Assembly (NCBI GenBank): GCA_010909165.1
Contig: MU008185.1
Span: 310,001 to 374,000, forward strand
DNA length: 64,000 bases
Direction: 5' to 3'
Origin: Anthoceros angustus
Taxonomy: Eukaryota > Plantae > Anthocerotophyta
Shown: piece by piece, positions 1 to 12,522 of the stretch
How positions within the stretch are numbered: position 1 is the first letter of the stretch
How the letters are laid out: each line of letters opens with the position of its first letter
The notes under the pieces: generated by a model
Database searches by the model: none
Told to the model about the DNA's origin: nothing
Seen by the model: the letters and a program-made list of their open reading frames with translations, nothing else
Program-made: the position numbers and the translations under genes

Positions 1-145
1 CGCTCTCTCAAAGCAACATCAAAAAACCTCTACCTATCATAAAGGAAAAAGCTTAGCTTAAGAGTCTTCAATCACACCTAAAAGTCTATTGTTCTCTGAA
101 ATAATGGATTCTTTTTCTTTCTTTTAATTGTTTTAGTAAAAATTA

Positions 146-305
146 GAAATCCCATTTAGGAGGTGAAACTAACATGAATGTATGTTTCAAAAGGTCCCAA
201 TTATCATTTAGGGAAAAGTCCCATTTATTACATTGTAAACTAAATGGAGTTGGATGGGAGGTCCCATTTAGAGAGAAATCCCATTTATAGAGTTCCCAAT
301 TAGGG
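146..305. repeat. Cluster of short TCCCA(T/A)TT(A) motifs, possibly transposon subterminal repeats
   Basis: About six TCCCATTTA/TCCCAATT motifs within 160 bp; the spurious ORF 143-349 reads repeated KWDF as a result. Confidence 0.4.
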
Positions 306-637
306 AGGGCCGACTGTAGTGAGGAAGCAATCTGAGAAAGCATGCGCAATCTTTGGAAGCAATATGAGAAAGCAACCTTTGGACTACATATGGAGACCCG
401 GACGGAGTCTTGACACCGACGGTGACCTAGTTGAGCACTAAACAGTCACTTGCAGAAGATATGCATATGCTTGTTGCGGATCATCCCGACCCACATGCAG
501 AACAACTTCGTAGGACATCTTTTCAGCATGATTGATGCCTTCAAGTTTGCAATTCCGAATCATGGCAGAAGGCTTGGCAGAATGCTTCACTTACTGCAAA
601 GTGGGAAGAAAACGATATCGGTCTAAGTAATGACATA

Positions 638-1985
638 ATCAGCATGCCTTTTCACGATTGCTGGTACCTTGGAATCCTCGGTTTGGATAAGTACAGGGGC
701 TCCGAGGCTCTTTTTGTCCTGGTGGCAACATATTATTGGAAGTTGTTTTCGAGACGGCGGACCGTGTTCGCCGTACTTTGAACTTGAGAATTTCTGGTCT
801 TGGTAATGACATTGTTGCACCACTTGTGGCTGCAAAGGAGTTTCTCAATAGGCTAGAGGTTGATGCGGTCGTTCCTCGAGCCTTCTGGCTTAGAAAGGAT
901 CCTGGTAGGAAGCGCATATTGATTATGACTTTTCACTCTATGGATCATGCCTCCAGGTTATGAAGGCTAGATCTATGTTACAGATAACTCAGTTATATAT
1001 CAGTGAGGATCTTATCCATGCAATGGAAGACTAAGAAGGAGAAGTGGCTTTCTTCGTGGAGATGAATGGGTGATGTTTGGCCCTCATTCATGCAATTTCG
1101 ACATAATTGAAGATTATTTATCTTATTTAAATTTTATCTTTATATTAGTTCAGACTATTTTACCACAATCTATGTAGTTATTGTATTTCAATCCCATGAC
1201 GAAAATTCGTCCTTAGTGGAGTTAAATAAAATTCTTCTTCTTGAGGGCCCAAAAGTCTGACCAATCTAACAAGTCAATTGCACGCCTTGTGGCCCTTCCA
1301 ACTCATGATCAGCATGCCTTTTCACGATTGTCGGTACCTTGGAATCCTCGGTTTGGATAAGTACAGGGGCTCCGAGGCTCTTTTTGTCCTGGTGGCAACA
1401 TATTATTGGAAGTTGTTTTGAGGCGGACCGTGTTCGTGTTCGTGCTGAACTTGAGAATTTCTGGTCTTGGTAATGACATTGTTGCACCACTTGTGGCTGC
1501 AAAGGAGTTTCTCAATAGGCTAGAGGTTGATGCGGTCGTTCCTCGAGCCTTCTGGCTTAGAAAGGATCCTGGTAGGAAGCGCATATTGATTATGACTTTT
1601 CACTCTATGGATCATGCCTCCAGGTTATGAAGGCTAGATCTATGTTACAGATAACTCAGTTATATATCAGTGAGGATCTTATCCATGCAATGGAAGACTA
1701 AGAAGGAGAAGTGGCTTTCTTTCGTGGAGATGAATGGGTGATGTTTGGCCCTCATTCATGCAATTTCAGTGACACTGTTGAAGATTATTTATCTTATTTA
1801 AATTTTATCTTTATATTAGTTCAGACTATTTTACCACAATCTATGTAGTTATTGTATTTCAATCCCATGACGAAAATTCGTCCTTAGTGGAGTTAAATAA
1901 AATTCTTCTTCTTCGGGGGCCCAAAAGCTGCTACAGCCAATCTAACAAGTCAATTGCACGCCTTGTGGCCCTTCCAACTCATGAT
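638..1985. repeat. Tandem duplication, unit ~670 bp (638-1307 and 1308-1985)
   Basis: Near-identical copies differing by small indels; junction sequences CATAATC / CATGATC / CATGATA. Confidence 0.95.
730..1242 (+). mobile_element. Degenerate non-LTR retroposon: ORF1-like RRM remnant, 3' stem-loop and (TTC)n tail (5' end not located)
   Basis: RRTLNLRISGL...RAFWL...KRILIMTF, continuing after a frameshift as KARSMLQITQLYISEDL...GEVAFF, resembles LINE ORF1 proteins (NLRISGL / RPIIVKF / IYINEDL pattern). Ends in GTCCTTAGTGGAGTTAAATAAAA(TTC)n. Confidence 0.55.
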
Positions 1986-2078
1986 ACAGGAGATATTTAG
2001 ACCAACTTAACAGTTCTGCAGACTCTGCGAAAGAAAAATTCATGATCCAATGTCCCTACCCGTCCGTCCAGCGCTTCA

Positions 2079-4975
2079 TCAGCGTCTGTTCTGGATATCT
2101 TCCCTTGTGCCTTCGCTCTCCCAGGATGTTCCCTGGATAGAGATGTCTCTTAGAACGGTGTTGGAGCTAGGTCCCAGAGACCTCATCAATTCCTGGAACA
2201 TGTCATCATCCAACCCACGCCACCCATCCAGCACCAGCCTTTTGATACTGCGGTTGTTCTTCAACCCTTGGAAAAACGCCTTGGTGAACCTGGGTGAACC
2301 AAAAGGCTTCCGAAACTGAACCTGCAGCTCATGAACGGCCTTGCACTCCTCAAGGATCGTGATCAGCACAGGATATCGCATGTCGTGTCGTCCGAATGCT
2401 GCCAGTGAGATACGTTCAGTTCGGTGATGCCGCTATTTTCACGTAGAGCTCCCAATCCGCGTGAGTAGCAATCTGGGACGATGGCATTCTTGTCACCTAC
2501 TCCTAGGGTAATTACATAAACCTTCTTTTCATAATCACCCAGTGGGAGCAGGCCAGGGTTGTAGAACCCCAAATTGCTTCCAATAGGCTTGGCAGTCACC
2601 ACCTTCTCACACGTAGGCCAAGGTGTGTTTACGAGCATCGCTACACAAAGCAGCGATCATACATCGAGTTAGGCACATGCTTTTCAACCACATTAGAGAA
2701 AGAAGATAATCGCCTTAATACAGTCAAGGGAAATCAAATCTGCCTATGTTACCTTTTTCTTTTTATCACCATTTTCTCCAACAATATTACCAAGCCCACA
2801 CATTCCACACCATGTCATTAGATAAGGTCGGACCCTTCGTGGACACGCCACGACCGAACCATTCATCACTATCCGGTTTTGCCTCATAGCGGATGAATCG
2901 AGCGTCATGCATATCGATCCAACAACTTTTGTGTGCGGTGTGCAAAAAGACATGAACTCGATATAGGCATCTTCACGAAAGTGGCAACACGGTGACCAAG
3001 GGGCACGGCCGCAAGGTGTGAGGCGCGCCGGTTCCAACAGTGCGTCGATGCACACTTGCACGCCTCAAGCATGTAGGCACGCCCTCAAGGATGCACGCGT
3101 CCACACACGGCATGTGCGCCTTTTCACATTGAGTTTGGCTGCCGTTTCTTCATGCCATTCCATGGTTGCGCATCTCCGACAGATTGCCTTTTGGACAAGC
3201 CCTACACACGACATCAACAAAGAACATCTCGGATAGCAGCAACATTTTGGCGTCGTAGCTTTGACCCACGGAGGCACTCAAGCACGAGGAAAAGCGGTTC
3301 ATAAGTTCATTGTGCTTATCTCGCTTCTTTGGTCGTCTCCGTTTTGAAAAGGATCTAGAAGCTCTTACCACGCCGAGTGACTTGTGGAGTGAAGCAGGAT
3401 CTTGATTGATGCTACGCGATTCCGTTGGTTGGATAATGAGGATCGGAGTGGCGTGCGTGAAATCGTTGAGCTTTGCCCTCGCGACGGTCGAGTAGATGAG
3501 TCCGAGCAGGCGGTGGTGTTATTGAGATCCTCCTCGGATCACACATTAGCGTGGACCGCGTCAAAGTCTTCGGTTTTGGCATCTTGCAATATGTGTCATT
3601 GATGATACATGATGTATCCTCTACACTAGTACAAAAATCATGGCTCGAAACCATGAAGAGAATCAAGGACTTGCTCAAGGATCTTATGCATTGATTATAA
3701 TAATAGAAAGTACATAATATTTGTGTGAAGTAGGTGTGTTATAGGTTGTTGTAACCAAATAACCAATTAAGTAACTAATTAAATTACTTCTAGTCCTAAA
3801 AATTAAATAATTTTAATTTCTAAAAATATCAATATCATTCAACACCAAATCTGCAGACTTGGTATACTAAACAATGTGGCGGTCTGGCCGTCTGCGATTT
3901 TCAGAGCATATTAATATCACATCACCGTCTCCTTCGCAGGAGTAGCCTTCAATCTGGGCATGCCGAGTGGCCATGTTTCTTTTCTTGCAATGTGTCGCAC
4001 GAGGTAAGCACTTGAATTCATATAAGCACTTCCTCGACCAACAACCAAGCAAACAAATCTAATACGCACATATATATAAGTGCAACCAATGCTGATACTA
4101 GATTGCTGACGGAGACGATGGCACGAAGAAGGTGGCAAGCCCCAGCTTATTCAAAGCACGGTTGGAGCGAAGCACTCGAGCCAGGGCTTCCCCCAGCCCC
4201 GGCTCCACAACCTCCTGGCCTCCCGGGTTCTGAAGCACAAGCCGTGTGTATGGACTGATTGAAATCAGTTGGAGGACTGTGGGCGTCGTGAGTCCTCGCA
4301 GGATCCGGGGTTACGGTGACACAACGCCCTGGGCTATGATTTTCTGACGAAGGAATACGAGCGTCGCCCCACTACGTTTTCAATGTCGTCATGGGACTCC
4401 CCTTCTTCTTGATGGGCAACCCACGCAAAGTCATGATGCCACACCAAAGCTTCGAGCAATGGAGTGATGAACATGGGCACTGACTGCTGTGGCTTCCGGG
4501 GCACCTCATCTCCGATTCTAAGCCTGGTGATTGTGGTGGTGTGCCTCAGGGCCCCTGCGATCAGCGCGGCTCCCTCCTCGTCCATGCCTGTATCGCCAAT
4601 CCAGAGAGCGCGGAGCGTGGACGAGTTGGTGAGGATGTTGGCCAAGTGTTGCGCCCCGATCGCGACAGCATTCCCGATGTGGTGCCATTGCCATTGCGTC
4701 GAAGGGCGGCAGCGGTGTCACCCAGTCTTTGTGCACTCAATCCCACATATTGCACGGTACCCAGGAATTCAAAGGAGCGACAAGATCTCTTGATGACGGC
4801 AGTCAGCGCCTGCCTGGAGGCTGTTGTCGCCCCAAAGCCCACGTAGCCACACAAATCCAGCTTTCGCAGCCCATGGTTGTGTTGCGAGCCGGATAAGAGC
4901 TCCAACGCCTCTACCTGCCTCACGCTGTAGCCCATCAAACCCTGAGGGCTCAAAAGAACCTTCCTCAGCGTGCGG
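2079..4975 (-). pseudogene. Ribonuclease-inhibitor-type LRR gene (TORNADO1/NLRC3-like LRR region), 5'-truncated and interrupted
   Basis: Fragments LRKLDLCG, LRALWIGDTGMDEEGAALIAGALRHTTTITRLRIG, GLGALRENSGITELNV and KNNRSIKRLVLDGW are colinear with the LRR locus at 62330-64000; frameshifts and insertions present. Confidence 0.8.
2487..4113. mobile_element. ~1.63 kb insertion in the LRR pseudogene flanked by a 10-bp direct repeat
   Basis: GACGATGGCA at 2477-2486 and 4114-4123; LRR homology stops and resumes at these points (FFV...RGLGALREN is contiguous in the 63.3 kb paralog); no terminal inverted repeats seen. Confidence 0.65.
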
Positions 4976-5427
4976 TTCGAGACTTCACATCACGCCATTT
5001 GATGAATACAGAGCCACTCTTCAGGGGTTGAGCAACGTCCGTATGAAGTCTCGAGTGACCAGGCGATCTCATCATCAGGCACACTGGAGAACCCTGTTGT
5101 GGCAGTTGGTGTCCAGTGAATTCCGCAACAACCCAATCACAAGTAAGCTTTGAGCTTTGGCATTGCATACTGTCAGTCCATCAACTTGGTACGCAAATTC
5201 ATCATCAAAGGCCCAGCAAAGGAATCGATTGCGATTCGAAAGGCAGTAGCAGGAGCTGGGTTGGACGCTCCCCTGTCCCTGAGGTTTCAGAGTCTATCCA
5301 CTGGCCCTCAAGGTTGGCGTTTCCCCCAATTCCATACTAATTCCAAATGTATGGAGGTGCTTCCAAATGTATGGAGGTCCTGTTCGTTTTCCTTAGTCGA
5401 CAACGTTCTTGCACAAACTGTCAGCGT

Positions 5428-7850
5428 TCAAAGAGCTATTCCTTCCGGGAGGTTAGGGAAAGTGGTGGACACGAAGTCCTTGTACTTTTTCTTCAGGGCT
5501 TCAACTGTATGACAGAGAAAGCAACCCAGTTTTTAGTGAGGCAGCTGCCTGTAGAAAGGGCCATGAAAAAAAATTGCAATAAAAGGCTTTTACCCGCGGC
5601 TTCAGATGGCTTCTTTCCCGTACTCTTGGGAAGCTTCTCTGAAGCTGTGGATGTGACCAACTTGAACAGCTCTGCGTCTGCACACGAGAAGTTACCTGAG
5701 CTTCTGATGGCTAAGTTCATAATGCACTGTCCCAAGGTCGGGATTTACCTGCTAAGACCTTGTCACCGTCATGTGCGTTGACAAGAAAAGGAGAGGCTCC
5801 TGAGCTCACCAGCTGACAAGCACACAACCACAGCAGGTTGTATCAGAATCGTTGTTGTCATCTAGAGTAGGTAGGGTCTGAATGCACATATCGAGGATGT
5901 ACCTGAGACAGGAACTTCTCAGCTAGAGTCACAGCATCCACCGAAGCTGGTCCTAATTGATAGGCAGGACTGAATGAGCTTCCATTGTACCCAGCAAGGA
6001 AGTGATACACAGCCTGGGATGGCTGAACCTTGGACACACTAGGAACTGCCCCAGAGCTGCACGAGTGGTCAAGAAATGTCCGCACAGATTAACTTACGGC
6101 CAGTACAAGATTCAAGAGCTTGCCTGAGTGATGCTTACCTGTCTGCAGTCAGAATAACGACGGAAGCTGGATTCTTATATACATTTGGGCGTTCAGACGA
6201 GGGCTCAAACAATCTTGCCACTCCATCAGAGCTCCATGCCACTCCTAAATCCTTTGACACAGCAGCCTTCAACAGTGATGGGCTGCTCTTCACTATATCC
6301 TCAGGTGCAAAGAGCAGGATAGTGGAGTCCCCCTGAACAAGTAGCCTGTCCATATCATGAACAAGCCACTGAAGTTGGAATGTAAAACAGTCTACATGCT
6401 GCAAAGTGAGGACCAAAAACTTGCCGCGACAAACTCACCGAGCTGCTAGAGGCACAGCTCCCCGTTCCAGAATTGCTGCGCCAGCCAATGCCGAGAGCAC
6501 AGCCTTAACAGCTCGCGAGTCAGTGTAAGCCGACCCAACCAAGAGGGCAGTTGAGGTCTCAAAGTCTGCTGCAAGGAACTCTGCCTTCTCTGGTAGCCCA
6601 AGTTGTCCCAGAGATTGTGAACTGTCGATGCCAAGGGCAAGCTGATCAGAGACTATGCCAAGCTCAGACTAATCAGAGACTACTTCCAGGAAAGACTACG
6701 GAATCCTGAAGTAACAACACGTCCAACCCCCAAAAACCAACGAAGGAAATGCAATTGTTGCAAATTCACGAAAGGAGATGCACACCGATAATGGGATGCC
6801 ACGAGGACAGTGATTGGGAAAGCTTCAAATGACACCACCCGAGTAGGAGTTGGCAGTAGGATGCTTCGGAGATACAGAGAAACAGAAGGGTCATCGGCTA
6901 TTGTGCGTATTTTTGCATCTGATATTGGAGACGATCCCACAGCTCCATCATGCACATACAGCTTTGAGGCAGCCCCCAGATGCAATGTTACCTGCCCAAG
7001 AGCTCAGATTCTTCAGCCTTGAAAGTTTCAGCACACAAACATGTAAAGTGCAAGAACACTCACTTCTTTGTACAACCGGCTGAACTGTCCTTTGGTTATC
7101 TCAACAGCACCTGCAGCTCGATTTCCTGCTACAAATACGCCAGCGCCAGATTTCTCTTCTGCACCACATTGGCCAACTGATAAGCACCCACAGACAAACA
7201 TATCCTGCTCTAATGTAGAAATCAGCACTGAGATAGCATGGACTCCTCTCCAGAGCTGAAACGATTGCAAGCATTGCCGCAGATGAACAGAAACGAAACG
7301 GAAACCAAAACCTGGTACAGCAGCCCCATGCTTCTTCAACTCCGCATCTTTGAGATTGCGATAAGCCTCCCCAGATGGTGGCACTCCAGCTGCTGCAAGA
7401 GCCCAATTCAGAGCATAGCTAACCCCTGGACCCTCCCTGAAGAGATTGTGAAGGAAGTCAAGACCCCATCCACCAAGCAGTCAACAGATGATGCAAGAGG
7501 ATCCACCAATCAAGAGCAGCCCAGTCCACACCTGGGGAAAACAATCTCCTGTTCCGGCTCATCAGCTGTTGCCACTGCAGCTGAGCTTCCCCACTGTGCA
7601 GATGCAGCATCACCACAACACACCAGGCTGTAGTGAAACCTAATCCGAGCCTTCGTGCCCACAAACGATTTGCACCCACCAGCTGATTGCGGCAGACACG
7701 GATCCTCACCTGCCGAAATTGATGCTCCCACGCCTTGTGGCCTTGTACAGGTCCAGATGAAGCAGCTGGGGAACAGTGAGATCCCAGCGACCTCCGTACT
7801 GCAGCGGCAGCAGCCCTGGCCACCAATCTGCTGGCGTTCGCCCTCCCCAT
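5428..7850 (-). CDS. Phosphoenolpyruvate carboxykinase (ATP)-like plant protein, multi-exon, probable organellar presequence
   Basis: Exon peptides EAYRNLKDAEL, KGQFSRLYKEV, SKLYVHDGAVGSSPISDAKIRTIADDPS, QPSQAVYHFLAGYNGSSFSPAY and terminal KKKYKDFVSTTFPNLPEGIAL*; Arg/Ala/Ser-rich N-terminus from ATG 7850. Confidence 0.75.
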
Positions 7851-8205
7851 TCTGGAACCCAACAAATCCGCGGAAGCGGGGGTCGATCCGCAGATGGGAG
7901 AGGGCCGTTGTGTGGCAATGGGGATGGGAAATAAGTGACAGGCCAGAAGCCAGACTAAGACGGTATTAACACGGGATTAAAAGCCTCGTACATATGTTTG
8001 CAATGTGGAAGGGCGAGGAGGGAAAGGTGGCAAGATCGATGCACAACCAGCACCTTGTGCTCATGAACCTTAAGTGCGCAAGTTTCCGAGTGGACACGCC
8101 CATGTATGGTGATCCGGCCATGGCCAGCTGCTGCACTTGGGCACCCATTTCCTGGCAGCGCCAGCTTGGCAGCAACCTTAAATAGAACAGCATAGGAACA
8201 GCAGG

Positions 8206-11200
8206 ATGCAGATTTCGGGATGCCCGGGCTGGCAGGTGCTGAGATCTGCACCACCTGCGGGTTGGTCAAGCGGGTCTTGTAGCTCATGCCTGATACGGTC
8301 TCAAGTTATCCAGGGTTTGCAGGTGTCTCGTGGGTTGTGCGCATTGCCTGCAAGGATCATTCCAGTAGGGAGGTTCGGGCGGAGAAGCCGTGGTGGCCGT
8401 AGTGGAATAAGGCTCTCTTTCGGGAGTCAAGGCAGGTGTGCACAACACGGATTCTTGGGGTTGATTCTGCACGGGACTCCGGAGCCCGGAGGCAGGAGGA
8501 GGCCTGCATTCAAATGCAGAGCCGATAGCAGTGGAGGCCTGACGTCGGGCCTGAATCTTGTAAATAGGATCGAGACAGATTCGCTGCCCCCTTCTTTGCG
8601 AGACAGCTGTATGCAAGCCATTGATGACCTTGGAAGAAGAGTTACTGTAGGGGATGTGGCTGCGAGAACTGGTCTGAAAGTCACCCAAGCTCAAAGTGCC
8701 TTACAAGCTCTTGCTGCAGATTCTGGAGGGTTTCTGGAGGTATGCTGGGGTGGAACTTCTTTCTGGGCCTGTTGGGTGAGCTGGGCTCTTCGGTGCAGTC
8801 TGTGGTCCATGAGGGAGTGCATGAGGATGGTAACCATGTGTTTTGTCTCCATTCCTCAGGTCTCAGATGAAGGTGATGTTCTTTATTGCTTTCCAAAGGA
8901 ATATCGGTCCAATCTCACTGCCAAGTCGCTGAAAATAAGATTGGAGCCCACATTCCAGAAAGTACAGGTACCTAGCGTGGATTGACGGAGCTGGTTTAAC
9001 ATTGGATCACAGCGTCCTCTGGCACTGCTCTCAGACGTGTTTGCCAAACGCCGTCTGTTTGTTCAGGAAGTAGGATCATATTTGGTGCGTGTGACATTTG
9101 GAACAACTCTCTTGGCTTCCATTGTGCTCGTGTACAGTGCTATTGTAGTTCTCATCTCTTCCGCCCGGAGGTATGATCAAGGTTCTACTGAAAGGCAATG
9201 AATGTTAGCAGTCCCTTCTTCCCAGGGTTAGTCGAGCCTCGTCTCAAGGATAGAACTGACAAGACCTGAATCTGAAGTTCTGAATTGCTAGTTGTTGCTC
9301 TGGCAGTGGTGACCTGTTTAATTTTGCATCTGGCAGTGATGATGACAGTAGAAGCAACCGGGGATATGGTGCCCAGAGATCATCTGGTCCTGGGTTCACA
9401 ATGTTTATCAGCCCTGCGGATTTGTTCTGGTATGTAGTGCCCATTTGCAATTCTTGTTGGATGTGTGCTTGGCAGATTGTAAGCCAGCGGCGACTTGGCT
9501 TGCTCTGGAAGCCTGATACGCTCAGTGCAGGTATTGGGACCCATATTACTACAGACGGAGGAGAACGAGGACAAATGGTGGTTTGAACTTCTTTGAATCT
9601 GTAAGTAAGCTGCTGTTTCTCTCTCCCGTGCTCTTTAGAATAACGGTTTATGGCAATCTTATAAGTTTCTTTGAACTTGTTGCAGGTATTTTCTTTTGTT
9701 TTTGGGGACGAGGATCCAAATGAAGGATTAGAAGATCAGCGATGGAGAGCAGTAAGTTCATGTGGAGATCCTAGCTTGTGTTATTTGAGTGGAAATCCTA
9801 CCCTGTGCTGTTCTGATCAACCACGCATGCGTCTGTCAATAGCATCCTTCTGGTGGGAATGCTGGATTCTCCTATGAGATCAAGGCATGTTGTTAAGATT
9901 TATGTTTTAACGTAGATCTGATATGAGGCTCTGCAGATTGGAGATCTTATTACCACCAAGGGCGGTGTAGTTACTGCAGAGGAGTTGGCTCCGTTTCTGA
10001 ATGTTCCCCCACTACGCAACGATAATGAAGTATGTTGCTCTTTGGCAGAAGTAGTAGACGTCCTTTATCTACTTCTGGCAGCAAAGGCAATAGCACGCTG
10101 TTCTTCGTTTGTGTGTGCCAGATGTGATGTACGAGAACGGTCACTTGGGATCTTGATTGTGCAGAATGATGAATCCTATGTATTGCCTGTTCTCTTGCGA
10201 TTTGATGGGCAACCAGAAGTGGATGACAAGGTTAAATACATTCCCTGAAACTACAAGCCCTGGCAGTTTGCAAATATCAGCCAGTTACTTGTGCCTGTTT
10301 GCTGAGGAGTATCTTTCTCTGTTGCAGGGGAACATTCTTTATCGCTTCCCATCCTTGCAACGGTCAGGTGTAGATTGGCTGGGTCGGAGAGCGCATCAAA
10401 AGATGGTCGGATATTTTGCGGAGAAGCGTTTGAACTTTAGGTATATCTGAAGTTTCGAAAGCTCACTGGAAGTTGACCTGTTTGTTACTCGGAAGGTGTG
10501 AAGTTCCTGAAATCTATACATGCTTTGAAGAAGAAGCTACCAGCGCTAGTGCTACCCTTTCTTCTCCTGAAGATGTTCTTCTGGCTGCAACTGTGCATTC
10601 AGCAAGGCTAACGCAATGGAGAGAGCAATGGTTATTGGTCTTGGTGGAGTCAACATGCTTGGAGTTATTATTCTGAGCAGTATGCTGAAGTGAGTAACTA
10701 CCAGGTGTCTAAATCAGCTGCTCAGCTCAGCTGTGATTCGAAGCTCAAGTGCTTTTACGGTTGAAGGGTGTTTTCCCCGTCTGTAAGGAGGACATCTTTC
10801 TGATCTGGCTACCTGTGGATGTGTTTCTGGCAGAGACTATACGCTCGTGGGCCATTTAGGTGGAGCCACCGGCTTCATCCCATTCGTGTCAAGAATCCTA
10901 CCACTTCTACAGGTGGGCAATCTGACATTGGGAGGTGTGAATGCGGCACTCGGTTTGAAGTCTTCTTTTCGATGACCAGTGGCAATGCATTTCAACAGGT
11001 GTACACAGCCGCATTCTTTGCCATTCCAGCATTCCGATGGCTTGTTCTACAGCAGAAGAATCTGCGAATCGAGGAACGAAACCGTGCTCGCATGGAAAGG
11101 GCTATAACATTGGACCGTGCTGATCCTGCTTTGCTTAAAAAGGTGCTGGATGACTCCACTCTGTGTGTGTGTGTGTGTCTCCTTCAATGTGGACTCGCAG

Positions 11201-11403
11201 AATTTGTCTTTAACATCTTGCTTTGTCAGATCAAGAGTGCACGTGAGTCTGCGAATCGGACAGTGATAAACAAAGAACGGATCATCTATTCGACCGAGAA
11301 GGACTTCTCTGAGCAGGACTACGAGGCTCAGGAATGGGAGAGGCAACTGAGAGAAAGGCAAGCTCAACAGGCCACCCAGGTCAGGAAAGCTGAATCCAGC
11401 TGA
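8206..11403 (+). CDS. At5g03900-like conserved plastid membrane protein, multi-exon
   Basis: RRVTVGDVAARTGLKVTQAQSALQALAADSGGFLEVSDEGDVLYCFPKEYRS, VFSFVFGDEDPNEGLEDQRW, DESYVLPVLLRFDGQPEVD, GNILYRFPSLQR; transit-peptide-like N-terminus; GT-AG introns. Confidence 0.85.
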
Positions 11404-11676
11404 AAGCTATACGTCATAATCTCTTGTACAGTTGCAAGAGACCGCAGATGGGCATCTCTCTCCCAAAATCGTACATAGGGACACGTCAGTGTAATTCCAG
11501 ACTGTACTGTACACCTCTTTCTGTCGGATTGTCGGGAAGTGCATTGCAGTGTCCAGATTCAAGATTCCCGATGCAGTGGATACAGCCCACCGAAAAACAG
11601 ATTCCTCACCACCACAAGACCTGTCCACTTACAAGCTCCTCTCATCCTACTCGCTGCTTCAGTCTAGAATTCAGAC

Positions 11677-12285
11677 ATGGCAGGAGACAAGGCGTGGACG
11701 GCTTGCCTGCAGACTGTGTGCGTACTCGTGGCAATGTGCGAGGCACTGGACCGAGCAAGTGCAGAGGTGGAGCACATGAAGAAGCTTCCAACATCCACCA
11801 GGTCGGGCGACATCACCACCATCCACTTCTTCCAGGACTTCGAAGACCGCTCCTGCACCACGGTTTTCGGGCCGTCCCCTGTGAGCGGCAGCGTGGTGGA
11901 GTTCGGGCAGGGCAGAGTCTTCGACTACCCCGTGACAGCCAGCGCCGAGCCGGGAAGCCTCCTCCTCGGGCGAGCCCGCGGCATCCACATCTACGAGTCT
12001 CTGGATGCCGACGGTGTGCACGAGATGCTCACCATCTCCTTCAGCTCAGGCGAGTTCGCCCGCAGCTCCCTGACCTTGGGAGGCCACGGCCCCGCAGACG
12101 CCCTCCTGCACGAGCTTCCTGTGGTAGGCGGCACCGGGGTGTTCAGATTCGCTCGAGGCTCGGCCGTCTACCAGCAGGCACTGCCAGGCCAGTCCGACAC
12201 GATCTATTCTGTGGAGGTGAGCCTCAAGGACGTCGAATGGCCCGGTTCTGTCTTACCCTCACCATCAGCTGTGGAAGGAATGTAG
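11677..12285 (+). CDS. DIR: Dirigent protein (secreted, intronless)
   Basis: Signal-peptide-like N-terminus; FGQGRVFDYPVT, LLGRARG and ELPVVGGTGVFRFARG are dirigent-domain motifs. Confidence 0.9.
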   Translation: MAGDKAWTACLQTVCVLVAMCEALDRASAEVEHMKKLPTSTRSGDITTIHFFQDFEDRSCTTVFGPSPVSGSVVEFGQGRVFDYPVTASAEPGSLLLGRARGIHIYESLDADGVHEMLTISFSSGEFARSSLTLGGHGPADALLHELPVVGGTGVFRFARGSAVYQQALPGQSDTIYSVEVSLKDVEWPGSVLPSPSAVEGM

Positions 12286-12522
12286 AATCATGCAGCCTTC
12301 CCTGCTGTGATTGCAATGCCCTTCCTGACACGGCTATGCATTTGACACTTCTTCAATCTACTACGATGACATGGGAACCGACATATGCAGCTTCCTCCAC
12401 GTTTTTGGAACGGGCTTGCCATCTTCTCCAATCTGACCTGCCATGTGGCAACCGATATCAGTATATGCAGCTTCCTCCCCGTTCGTTCTTGGAATGAGTG
12501 CTTCTTGTGCTCCTTCAATATG

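Noticed and set aside
305-311. GAGGGCC as possible TSD of the ORF1-only element (matches 1243-1249)
   Set aside because: Only 7 bp and the second copy reads GGGGGCC; too weak to define the 5' end.
11424-12497. 357-aa ORF overlapping the dirigent gene
   Set aside because: Alternative frame of GC-rich dirigent coding sequence; no domain; non-ATG start.
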